Below, one piece after another: positions 1-11,960 of a DNA stretch of 64,000 nucleotides (its first letter is position 1; the number at the start of each line of letters is the position of its first letter). The stretch comes from Octopus vulgaris. Its lineage: Eukaryota. A program made the translations under genes and the position numbers. A model generated the notes under the pieces. The model did no database searches and was not told the DNA's origin. It saw only the letters and a program-made list of their open reading frames with translations. The DNA lies in the NCBI GenBank assembly GCA_951406725.2, contig OX597823.1, forward strand, positions 56,482,001 to 56,546,000, read 5' to 3'.

Positions 1-796
1 TCTTTCGTCTGAGAATCTGGGCATCTTTTACTCGAGTAGCTTCTTGTCAACAAGCACTTGCATATATGTTGATAGATAAATAAATAGAAAGATAGATCGA
101 TAATTATACAGTAGCCCTTTGTTTTATTTATCTATATATTCTGCAAACATCATCTTGTGGTGCACCTGGACACCTCTTCATTGATGTATTTATTTACGTA
201 ACCGGACAACGATTAAAAACGTCGACCTTCGTTTGGGTTAAACCCCAGAACATTGCAGGACGCACATACCTTTTAGATATTTACTACATAACCAACGATG
301 CACTTATTATACCACCATCCTTTCGAGATTAGTTTTTATATTCTCCTATTAAATATAAAATTAAATTTTCGCAACAGAATGGCATCTAGTTGCTATCATG
401 TTTTCTGAAGGGCATTAGTTACGTAAATGAAATGTTGACTAATAATACTAAGGAATCGAAATCAGCGACTGAGTTTTGTTTAGGAACTTAGCTTGACCTG
501 TTTGTAACAGGAAATTGTGATATTCAATTTGTTTCTTAAGGGCCATTATCCGTAATTGGAAGTCAACACTGAGTTGCACCATTCATTGTTTTGGTCTACG
601 TATTATGTATGACCATCGAAATGTAATTCAAATTGATTTCGTTGGTAGTAGAGAAAGAGGTTAATATTAACCGAGAAAGATATATGTGGCATTCATGCCT
701 TTCCGAAGGGAAGTACTGACATAAACGAAGATAATATGACGATCTTTCATTATGAAGAAAAAATCGCCACTTTCCCTTGGAGTATCCGATTAATTT

Positions 797-1286
797 TGGT
801 ATTATTTATTATTACACTCGTCTTGTGTAATGAATATAACCTCTGATCCGTGAATTTTCGTAATAGCTAACTACTTCATGGAGAAAGAAAAGGGCAAGGA
901 ATTTAGGGACGGTTTCCATATGTAAAATAATTGCTTAATGTTTGTTCCCCCCCCCCCATTTTTGCACTTCCGTTCCGTTCCGTGCCCATCTCCGGCGTAA
1001 AAAAAATCTACCAGAAACCGCTATCCATTTTCTGCGGAGGTAAAGAATACGCACACCACCCGTTTTCTGCGTAACCCTAACCCGGCGAAAGTAAAGAATA
1101 CGGGTGGTGGTGTACGTATTTTTTTTTACCTCCGTTCCCTAACCCTAAACACCGGGTGGTCATATTCTTTACCTTCGCCCCATTTTCTTGCATTTCCTCT
1201 TCTCCATGAGGTAGTGGCAACTATTTCGAAGGTCCACCGAGATTACACCCGTCTCACGAAACGGGTGCAATAGCAAAAATGTACCA
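797..1286. mobile_element. Non-autonomous foldback/MITE-like element with nested inverted repeats and CCCTAA units
   Basis: Outer IR ggtattatttattattacactcgt / acgggtgcaatagcaaaaatgtacc; inner IR ctacttcatggaga / tctccatgaggtag; palindromic gaatacgcacaccacccg / cgggtggtggtgtacgtatt; taaccctaac units near 1072 and 1137. Confidence 0.55.
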
Positions 1287-2637
1287 TAATCAACACGTTG
1301 CTAATTCATAAATATCAATATTGATACTTTCCGAGTGTGTAAATGATTTTTTTTTTTTTGCTCGTTCATAAAATTTCTTACATTCATCGATCGTTCTCGC
1401 ACTGTTCGAACATTGCTATTAGCTGTTAGACCAACACCGCCTTGCTTCAAGAGTAAAGGGAGTCTCATCGTGCCTCCCGGCCTGCTAGAAATAGCAGTTA
1501 AATCTTTAACTGGCTCCTTATAGATGTGACGGCGAAGTGCCTTCGGGTTAAGACGAAAGATTGCCGATGTGACTTCAGATAATGCCGGTAAAGGTGACTT
1601 TAGATAAGGACGAGATTGTCATAGCTGGAATGCCTTGTGATTCTGAGGACAAACGGCATTTCTTCTTTGTGTGTATTGATAAAATTACTAGCTTCCACAA
1701 GGCAAACTAACAATATTTATGAATTTACTGCACGTCGGTAACATTTGTGGATTACTCACAAAAAGACAGTATCAATAAAATTATTTATCAAATATATCAG
1801 CTTAGAAAAGTGTGATCAAAAGAATGAGCCCTTAGCTGCCTTGTACGAAATTTGTTTCAGTCTTATCTTGATAACAAATCATTTAGTTTAATACATTATT
1901 CCACCCTTCCTGATAATTCTCTGCATAAGAAAAGGAATTGTTTTCTTTTCGCACCGAACGCAAGTGACATTCCGATGTCTCTGTTATATAAAAACTGTTA
2001 TGTAACATGTTCTTGACTGGGACCGTCGAATGACCTGCTTAACTCAATGATTCATTTTGACATTAACAAATATTAAGTATTACTATCATCCTGACCTTAG
2101 TAATTTTCATTCTTGGTTGTCAAAAGCTTTGGATCCAAAACCTTAACTGAACTAGGTTGTTTTGTTCTCAGTTTAGAGAACACTGTGTTAGGTACTCTAC
2201 AGGGTCAGTTGTTTAACAGCTGGCTCTATAATTTTAATAAGGCTCTAATTTTTTTCTCCCTTTTTCAAGCATAAGTAAAAAATAATGGGGATGAGAGAAA
2301 GTTGCGATAGAAAAAGAGGAAAAATGTTAATGTTATGAGAAACAAAATCGAACGGATGTATATGTAGCTACCTACATACAGTTAGAACTGCCGTAATTTT
2401 AAAAGCTGGACAATAAATTTGTTGAAGGCTTCTTGGTTCCTTGGCATGTTTAATCCCTTTTAACTGCAATTTCGTAAAAGGATAAATTTTCTTTTCATTT
2501 GAATGAACGTGGATATGTGTACTTAATTAATGATACTTATTTGTATTATATAAGACGGTGTTATGTAACGTTTCTCTTATCCTTGACTTGGAGGTTAAAT
2601 AGCCTTAATTTTACGACATATTTTAGCACCGTCTTGA

Positions 2638-2943
2638 TTAGGGGTCAGTATACTGGAGTAAATTACCCGAAGTGGGGTAAAAATGAAATTCTTGGGGCCA
2701 ATGATGACTCATTAGACATAAGTAAAATTATATAAAAACGTGTTCTTTGTTACGGCAGAAAATTTTCCTCTGGCAGCATTGCATCTGTCCAATGTATTGG
2801 ACGTGTAATAGATTCACAAAGATTCAATAAACCCTTTGAATTCAAAGAATCTATGATTTTATTCCTTTCAAATCAAGGGGGTAATGTTGGCGTAAATAAA
2901 TATGTCTTGGGGTAATGGGTTAAAAAAGTTCCCTGACCCCCTG
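2638..2943. mobile_element. hAT-like MITE (degenerate)
   Basis: Termini aggggtcag ... ctgacccccctg resemble the CAGGGGT-type TIRs of hAT/Charlie MITEs. Confidence 0.45.
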
Positions 2944-3461
2944 ATCTAGGTATATTGTTTATTATCATAAAGTGGGAAATTAAGATAAACCTACATTTGC
3001 TCTGTATGTCGTAACTACTAACACTACTTAAGTACAGTGGTCAACTAAGTACTATACAAGAAGCTGACTGGATTATGGTAATCTGCGTCGAGCTTTCTTT
3101 CATACTATAGTGAGTCGTGTTTCTAACTGTACACAGACGATATATTTTTGGTAAATTTTTATTTTATAATTTACTTGTTTCAGTCTATTAGACTGCGGTC
3201 ATGCTGAGTTCCCACCTTGAAGAATTTTTTGTTGACTGAATCGACCAAGGTATCTTTTTATTGGTGTTTAGGGGTTAGGATTACGGTTATGCCAAAAACA
3301 GGTGGTGTGCGTATTCTTTACCTATACTCTTTAATTTTTTTAAAGCTTGCTACTTATTCTCTTGATCTCTTTTGCCGAACTGCTAAGTTATAGGACATAA
3401 AGACATCAGTACTGGTTGTCAAGTGGTGGGGCAAACACACACACACATATATATATATATA

Positions 3462-5525
3462 CTAGCTGAAGGTGACCCGCTCTACGCGCGGGTAAGAGTG
3501 GACAGATGCAATGCTGCCAGAGGAAAATTTTCTGTCGTAACAAAGAACACGTTTTTATATAATTTTACTTATGTCTAATGAGTCCTCATTGGCCCAAAGA
3601 ATTTCATTTGTTACTTTCTGTTGCTTCCTTTCAGCACTTAAAAAGCACCATCTGAACGTGGCCGATTGCAGTGCCGCCTTGACTGGCTTCTGTGCTGGTG
3701 GCATGTAAAAAGCACCAACCGATCGTGGCCGCTGCCAGCCCCCCTGGCACCTGTGCCGGCGGCAGGAAAAAAGCACCCACTACGCTCACAGAGTGGTTGG
3801 CGTTAGGAAGGGCATCCACCTGTAGAAACACTGCCAGATCAGACTGGAGCTTGGTGCAGCCTTCTGGCTTCCCAGACCCCGGTCAAACTGTCCAACCCGT
3901 GCTAGCACGGAAAACGGACGTTAAACGATGATGATGTTGATGATGATTCTCCCTCCTTTCTCTCTCACTTTCCCACTCTGTTACTCTTCCTTTCTCATGG
4001 ACTCTCCCTCGCTTTCTCTTACTCTCTATCTTTATCTATCTCTCTCCCATTTATAAACAACAAAAGATCTTGAGTAAGTTGAGAAATAAAATATTTAGAA
4101 AGATCAATCATAAATATCAGGCAGTAACAACGGAAAGGTCTGCTTCAAGGCAGACAGCAAAACACTAACATTTAAAAGGGACAGACGAACTTGCGAGCTG
4201 AATAAAAATAATAAAATATTGGAAACCAAAGTTTTAAGGGATAGAATTTGAGGATAGTAGAGTCACCATGGCTGGCATTTCTTAACGACGGACAGCAACG
4301 TATTGACAGTTTAACGGCTGGCGTAAAATTTTGAACTTGATGTAAAAGAAAATCCCTAAACACCAAGTTTTGAATTGATTCTTTCTCACAACAGTAGACT
4401 CACCATGGCAAGCATTTAAAACTTCTTCATCATGGACGGCAACACATTGACGATTAAAAGGCTGGCGCAAATTTTTTAGCTTGATGTAACAGAGAATTGC
4501 TAAACACCCGCTCCTTTAAATTTTAATCCCCTTCAAGCCCCATTTAGACCCCTTTTCACATTTTGGTTAATATAACCCGATTTCATTCGGGTCTACTGGG
4601 GCCACATTTTATAAGATGAGGAATTTTGTCCTAGAGGTCACGCCTTTCATTTGAGGAAAAAAATAGTTGTCATGCAAACTTGCCAGCACTTTTAACATAG
4701 GTGTGCATATTTTCAGCTCAACCGACCACATAATGCACACATTATATATATGTATATATATATGTGTGTGTGTGTGTGTTGGAGTCTCTCTCATACGTGA
4801 GCGTTGACACTGAATTCGGCTGGTAAGCAGGTAACCTTGTCTTTGTTGAAATAGTTGTGAGCTGTTGGAGTTATTTCTCTGACGGGTAATAAGAATTTCC
4901 ATATCCTCCGAGGAAACGAACTGTTGACCCAGACAATTAGAATTAATTTTAATAAAAACATCAATTTAAGAAAAAATAATAAAGTAGTAAAAAATGAAAA
5001 TTTAGCACGAAAAATTTGCAGGGTTCTAAATAAATGTTAAAATGTAATAGATACGAAAAACCTATGTTATCACCAGAACACGAACGCTGGTTGGTGTGTT
5101 CTGTTTGTATTTGGTCGATCGGCACGTTGACAGGTAGACAATAGAATGCGATGGCGATGGAATATTTGTTTCTCTCTATGAATGCAGACAGATACTTAAG
5201 TGAAAGTTATGGGAAGGTAAGAAATAGAGTGAGTGAAAATGTACTGGGAAGAGAGGAAATAGCGAGAGTGAGTTGAGGAAAACAGATACATTAAATAATG
5301 GGAGTGGACTTGTCAAAGTTATATATGAAGGGGAGTTAGAGGGGAATGGAGGAAATAGCGTGAGTGAGGAAGATGGCCCCTAGCAACCACACCTTTTAAG
5401 ATAGAGATTTCTAAGGTAGCCCACGGGCATCGTCACCTCATTTTACATGTCCCTGTAAATTTTGGAGCGAATCGGACGGGATGTAGTGGCATTGAAAGCG
5501 AGCCAGGCGGTAAAAACGCATTTCA

Positions 5526-5535
<10 letters not shown>
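3462..5535 (-). mobile_element. Non-autonomous Helitron-like element carrying a nested SINE and an internal tandem duplication
   Basis: Minus-strand 3' end is a GC hairpin (acccgcgcg..gcgggt) followed by CTAG at 3462-3465, flanked by (TA)n. The 5' end runs into (TA)n near 5535. A ~135-bp diverged direct repeat lies at 4226-4510. Confidence 0.6.
3636..3946 (+). repeat. Family-A retroelement (SINE or LINE 3' UTR fragment) with (GAT)n tail
   Basis: ...aaaaagcacccactac...gttggcgttaggaagggcatcc...gtccaacccgtgctagcacggaaaacggacgttaaacgatgatg; at least 12 related copies in the window. Confidence 0.85.
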
Positions 5536-5565
<30 letters not shown>

Positions 5566-8019
5566 GACAGGCTTCTTTCAGTTTCCGTCTACCAAATCTA
5601 CTCACAGTGCTTTGGTTAGCCCAAGGCTATAGAAGACACTTGCCCAAGGCACCATAAAATGGAACTGAACCCAGAACCATGTGGTTGGGAAGCAAGCTTC
5701 TTGCCACACAGCTTCACCTGCACCTATTTATTTTCTTTTGTATATATTGTATGAATCGGATGTTCATTTACTGTTCCAACTTCCTTGGACAAGGCATTGT
5801 ATTTTACTGAAGCACCTTGTTAGTTCTTGGATTCTGTCCTGAGCTAAAAGCATACCCAGAAGGAGTTCCAAAATGTTTCTAGTCATAAAATTTATGACAG
5901 TTACATTTTATAAAACAAATACTATTTCCCTCTTTCTAAACATCTTTGCATATGTTTGCCATTGTATATCTTGTGCACTAGACATACAATTTTATGTCTG
6001 TATATGTTAAAGCAATGGATTATGTTGTGGGGGGGAGGAAAAGTTAATTTCTGTTGTAGTGTTTATCTGCTTTCTAGTGCAGATGCTGCTCATTTTTGCA
6101 TTGATGTAGCCACTATGTTGTTTCAATCAATGTGTTGCTCTGTCTGGTATGGCACAAAGCCACCAGATTTGGGGACATCATCGTTTAACATCTGTTCTCC
6201 ATGCTAGCATGGGTTGGACGGTTCGACCGGGGATCTGGGAAGCCAGAAGGCTGCATCAGGCTCTAGTCTGATCTGGCAGTGTTTCTACAGGGACAGGCTA
6301 GTGTATTATGTTGACTCCATCACTTCACTGGTATAAGACACTTTGTGAAAGAACTGACAAAAGAGGAGTACTGTTGCACAGTACAGGTAGTGGGAAGTTG
6401 GTGCACAAAGGTTTGTTGCAGCTTCTTTGTGCCTACTAATATTACTTGGTCAGTTTAGAGTCAAAAATTTGCAAAAGAACAGTGATGATGAACAGAGACA
6501 GCTGAGAGGAGCTCAGAATGGCTATGGGCAAAGAGAAATGACAGCTGGAGCTAAAAAGGGATACTGCAAGCTGCTTAAACATAGCAAAAAGGAAACCCAG
6601 TTTGAAATAGATCCACAGTGCAAGTTCTTTGGTGGTTTTTGTGGCTGAGCAATAGTACACCACAGTTCAGTGAAATAAGATCATCTGAAAGAGGTTCAAA
6701 CTTCAATCTCCATTAAAGATTGCATTTCAAAAGCAGCAGTAGGACATCTAGGAGTCATGACTTAGGTGGGCATGGCTCCCTTATTATGTCAAGAACTAAT
6801 GGGCCAAAAACACTTGATAGATGGAAGCACTTCTTCTGAAGGTTTCTGTTGCTGTTTGCTCACACACCATAGCAAGTTTCCACTTACTATTTTACTCATG
6901 ATAGTTGAAAGGCAGAGTTGGCTCTGGCAGGATTTGATCTTAGAATGTAGAATGATGCAGCTAAATACCACAAGACATAATAATTCTGCCGATGCATCAC
7001 TTTTAGATGGAATTAACTTTTCTTTCTTAACATTTCATGTTTCTAATTTCTTTGAAGAAGTGCTTCTGCCTGAAACCCCAGTTTACGCTTTTCACAGCAC
7101 ACAAATTTATCTGTATATGTTACTTTAATTCTAACGGAGAGGAGGACAATGACAACAAAACAACACAACCAGCTTAAAAAAGGTGCATCTTGAAGAATAT
7201 TACAAGCTTGCAACTAAATATATGCACTATATTATTGCATATTGTATTGAAATTTGGTCAAAGGTGTACATTTTTTATTACTTGTGATACCTTTGAAAGT
7301 GAGTGGTAGATAAAAAGTACTGGAAATTTACAGAATTATGTCAGACTAACTTGCTGGGTATTTACATTTAACAGGCTCATAACCTCTACATGATTGATAA
7401 AACTGCTTGAAATAACAGTTAAATCTCCCTCTAATCATCATTATTGTTTAATGTCCACTTTCCATGCCAGCATGGGTTGGATAGTTTGACAGGAGCCTGT
7501 TGGGTTAAAGAGTACCCCAGGCTACTGTGTCTGTTTTGGAATGGCTTTTATGGCTGGATGCCCTTCCTAACACCAATCATTCATCAGAGTAGACTGAGTC
7601 CTTTTCACGTGGCACGAGCACCAACAGGGTCACCAAGTAACTTGCAAGACACATAATTTTGAAAGGAGGGGAACTTGTGCCAAATGATGAAAGGTTAGAG
7701 TGTAACAGACAGGCAGAAACAGGTGTCTTGCTATAGAGGAGGGGCTGTCATTGGAAGAGGTGATCTTGTGTCAGATGATGAAAGGTTAGAGTGTGACAGT
7801 TATCCAAGAAAAAATAGAAAAAAGAATGAGTATATATTAGCTAATGTAGACCTACATAAACTATGTTTGAAGAAGGATTAGTTGTTCTTTGATTAGGTTT
7901 GTTCAGTCAGCACTGACCTGGGATTAAACAGGATACCATATTTGCTAGTGTATAAGACATGCTTTTTTTTTTTTGTTTTTGAATGTATCAAAAGTTGCCC
8001 TGTGTCTAAAGCAACTTTA

Positions 8020-8244
8020 TTAACCCTTTAGCATTCAGATTACTCTTATGTGTAATGCTTATTTATTCACATTTAAAAAAATATAATCTTGCATTATCTC
8101 ATAACTGAGATTTTGATGATGTGGTTATTTATTTTTAGAAGGCCATTGTAGAGTAAGTGTAAGAGGCCAGGTGTAGCTGGTTTGAACATAAAACAGGTAG
8201 AATATTTGGGCCATGTATGGTCAGTTTAAATACTAAAGGATTAA
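8020..8244. mobile_element. piggyBac-like MITE
   Basis: ttaa-ccctttagcatt ... aatactaaagga-ttaa (TTAA flanks, CCCTTT-type TIR). Related copies at ~22155-22382, ~31627-31990, and partial copies at ~12210 and ~35100-35180. Confidence 0.65.
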
Positions 8245-8504
8245 GGATGGGAGACCAAGTGTCACAGGTGGAAGCATGTGGCTTAGTGGTTAGGGTGTTG
8301 GACTCATGATCCTAAGAGTATGGTTTTGATTCCTGGACTGAGTAACACATGTTCTTGAGCAAAACACTTCCATTTCATGTTGCTCCAGTCCACTCAGCTG
8401 GCAAAAATGAGTAATTTTGCAACTGACTGGTGTTCTGTCCAAGTGGGGAATATATGCGCCATGGAAACTTGAAAATCAGCCCTTATGAGTTGGCATGATT
8501 TAGG

Positions 8505-9724
8505 CTGTCTATGGAGGAGTGATGCTAGGGCTGTGAAATCTTGTATGCATTAATTTCAGCTGTTCTTATTAATAACTGCATTGTTTCTTTCCAAGTAAAC
8601 TGACATCAGACTGTTCAAAGAAGACATCAAAAGTAACTAGTAGTGACTTCTCTTGAAAATCGACAAAATTTGGCATTGTGCTGTTATCAAGTACCAGCAG
8701 GAAAAGAGTTTATCCCTCAACAACATTCATGATGACATGGTTGCTACATTGGGAGATGACACTCCAGCTTTATCAACATTGCAAAAGTGGGCAGCTGAAT
8801 TTAGGAGGGGAAGGGAAAGTCTTGAAGATGACCCCAGATCTGGATGTCTTGCAACTGCCACCACTGAGGAAAACATTGATTATGATGGATGACAGGCGAT
8901 TGACTATAAATCAAATAGCCAATGCTATTAGCATATTCTGTGAGAGAGTTGAGAATATTCTGCTCAGTGAACTTAGAATGATAAAGGTTTCTCAGTGGGT
9001 GCCATACCTTCTGATATCTGATCAAAAGTGCACCAGGCTGATCACATCATGGCAAAATCTGACATTGTTTGAGGCAGATCCAGCTGGTTTTGTTGAATGT
9101 TTCCTAAGCCAAGATGAGAGTCAGCTTTACTTTGAGCCAGAGACAATCCATGCAGTGTAAACACTATTTCCTCACCTGCTCCAAAGAAGGCCAAGGACAT
9201 TTCATTTGCAGGGAAGGTGATGGCCTCAGTTTTTTTGCAGTGCAAAAGGCTTTGTGTTTATTTACTATCTTCAAAAGGGCTGCTCCATAAATGGAGAGTA
9301 CTATGCCAACTTGCTGAGGCAGTTACAAAAGGCTATCAAAACCCAAAACTCAGGAAAACTGACGAATGGTCTTGTTTCATCAGGGCAGTGTTCCAGCATT
9401 GGTTTCAATGACTGCTATGCATGACTGTAACTTTGAACTTGTTAATCACCCTCCCTGTTCTCCTGATTTGGCTCCATTTGTTCCTTGACATGAAAAAACA
9501 CTTGACTGGGAACCAGTGTCTCAGTGATGATGAAATCATATCTGCTGTTGACTTTTTTGACCAGCAAGATGAAAACTTCTTCACCAATGGGATCCAAGCA
9601 CTCCAACACTGATGGAAGAAGTGTGTGGACTACAAGGGGGGCTATGTTGAAAAATAAACCTCATTTGGTCACAATCTATGGGAGTATCTTGGTCAGACTA
9701 TGAGCTTTTCAGTCAACCATCATA
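8505..9724 (+). mobile_element. Mariner transposon remnant (frameshifted transposase)
   Basis: ORF pieces KWAAEFRRGRESLEDDPRSG, DRRLTINQIANAISI, WVPYLL, GKVMASVF and HPPCSPDLAP (the mariner WVPHEL and YSPDLAP motifs). 3' TIR-like gagcttttcagtcaaccatcata. Confidence 0.9.
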
Positions 9725-9860
9725 TGTATGTATGTATCTATTTCCATGTGTGTGCATGTGCACATTGGTTTACATTCACAAGCTACAGTCGGTGATGTTG
9801 TCATTTCTTTTATCAACAAATTGTTTTTTGCTTTTCACCTTTGAGGATGAAATATCAAGT

Positions 9861-10059
9861 GGTGACCAACTGTATAATTGACTATATGTTGGTCAAGGAA
9901 ATTACCAAACAGGATGTGAAACTTGTATTTCTGGTTTGAGGTTTTGTGTCTCTGTGATTAACCATCAGGGCAGTACACCACTACTATGGCTTTGTTATAT
10001 CCACTTGCTATGAGTAGCTGACATGCAGATGAAAATTTAACATCCCTTGATGTTTCTCA
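9861..10059. repeat. Copy 1 of a 199-bp local direct duplication
   Basis: Aligns without gaps to 11762-11960 (offset 1901), about 86% identical by hand count. Confidence 0.9.
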
Positions 10060-10294
10060 ACCAAGAGTTAGTGACGGGAAGGCTATTTGGCTGTAAAACA
10101 ATGCTTCATTGCTGTTGCAAAATGTCCAATTATATTTTTCCATCTTAAGTTCTAATGTGTATATACTTAAAGGCTTTCAGTCCATAAACTTTTGTAACTT
10201 TCTATATTCTGTAGACCAAATCTGCAGATTTATCACACTTTGCATAGAAAAAAATGTGTGTGTATGTATATATACACACGCACAAGCGCACGGA

Positions 10295-11521
10295 CAGGAG
10301 TTGGACAAAATAATGGAAACACCTTGCATCATAATTTTGAAATATTTATAAAACCGTCAAAAGCTTGTTTATTTTATTAATTTTTTTATTTATTATCAGT
10401 GTTGTTTAATATGTTTTGTTAAAATTGCTGCTTCTTTTCAGATATCATCAGAAAAAGGTAATTAAAATGCATTAAAATAACAGATTTATCGGACTTTGAA
10501 AGAGGTTAAATTGTTGGTGCTCATATGGCAGGTGCTCACATAATGAAAACAACCAAAATGTTTGGTATATCAAGAAGTACTGTCTCGAAAGTAATGAAGG
10601 CCTTTGAGAAACAAAACTCTGGAAGAAAACCAAAACTTTCAGATAGGGACTGTTGGACTCTTATGCATACCGTTAGAAAGGATCACAAAAGTACAGCTCC
10701 CAAAATTATGCAGAGCTTAATGACCACCTCGAGAACCCACTTTCCACAAAAACTGTTTGCTAGGAGCTGCACAATTCCAGATTTCACAGGAGGGCTGCAA
10801 TCAGAAACCACTACTTTCAAAAACAAATGTTGCAAAGCATTTAGAGTGGAGTAAAAGCCTACAGAATTGGTCCCTAGAGCAGTGGAAGAATGTTATTTTC
10901 TTGGACAAGTCATCCTTTACCTTATTTCCAACCACCGGCCGAGTATATGTGTGGAGACAGCCAAAAGAAACATTTGATGCAGACTGCCTTCTTCCAAGTG
11001 TTAAACATGGAGGAAGATCTGTGATGACCTGGAGGGCTATATCTTGGAAATCTGCTGGTCCAATGGTTTCACTTGATGGTAAAATTAATAGTCAAGACTA
11101 TTTAAGCATTTTATCTGATCATATTCATCCTTTGGTTGCAGAACTGTTTCCAAAGGGAAATGCAATCTTTCAGGATGATAATGTACCAATTCACACAGCT
11201 AAAGTTGTTATTGAATGGCATGAGAAACATTCTTAGTGAAGTTGAACATCTTATATGGCCACCACAGTCCCCAGATCTCAATATTATCGAACATTTATGG
11301 TGTATTTTAGAAAAACAAGTAAGGAGTCCACCATCATCTCTTCAAGAACTGGAAACTGTTTTAGCTGAAGAATGGACAAAAATTCCTTTGGAAACAATTC
11401 AAACTTTGTACGAGTTCCTACCTTGTAAAATTCAAGCTGTAATTACTGCCAAAGGCAGTCCTACCCCATATTAAAATAAATCTGAAATTTTAAGGTGTTT
11501 CCATTATTTTGTCCACCCCCC
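10295..11521 (+). mobile_element. Tc1-family transposon, both TIRs present, transposase disrupted
   Basis: TIRs ggacaaaataatggaaacacctt (10303-10325) / aaggtgtttccattattttgtcc (11492-11514). ORF pieces GISRSTVS, SGRKPKLSDRD, WKNVIFLDKSSF, VKHGGRSVMTW, FQDDNVPIH, WPPQSPDLNIIEHLW, VITAKGSPTPY. Confidence 0.95.
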
Positions 11522-11577
11522 TATGGTATTTGAGTACTCTTTTTTTCCACCTTGTTTCACATTTATGTGTTTACTCC

Positions 11578-11622
<45 letters not shown>

Positions 11623-11761
11623 AAATCACCATAAAGCTTTTTATAAGAATATAAAAGTCAAAATTTTACTATTATTTTACAAACATATTCTGTGGGAAAA
11701 CCCCCCACAAATTCTCTGTTTCATTACTTGTTGAAAGATATTTTAAAGTGGTTTTGTAGTT

Positions 11762-11960
11762 GGACACCAATTGTACAATTGCTTATATTTTGGTCAAGGG
11801 AATTACCATATGGGAAGTAAAACTTGTATTTCTGGTTTGAGGTTTTGTGTAATTGCGATTAACCACCAGGGCAGTACACCACTACTATGGTTTTGTTACA
11901 TGCACTTGTTGTGAATAGCTGACCTGCAGATAAAAATTTAACATTCCTTGGTGTTTCTCA
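11762..11960. repeat. Copy 2 of the 199-bp local direct duplication
   Basis: Gap-free alignment to 9861-10059. Confidence 0.9.

Noticed and set aside
6310-7130. Coding-like composition with ORFs up to 120 aa (also 36600-37400)
   Set aside because: No recognisable motif or splice-consistent frame; probably very old transposon debris that I cannot classify
9879-10055. Selenoprotein interpretation of the TGA/TGC pair, with a SECIS at ATGA..AAAA..TGAT
   Set aside because: Spacing and helix II pairing do not fit a eukaryotic SECIS; a single nonsense change is simpler
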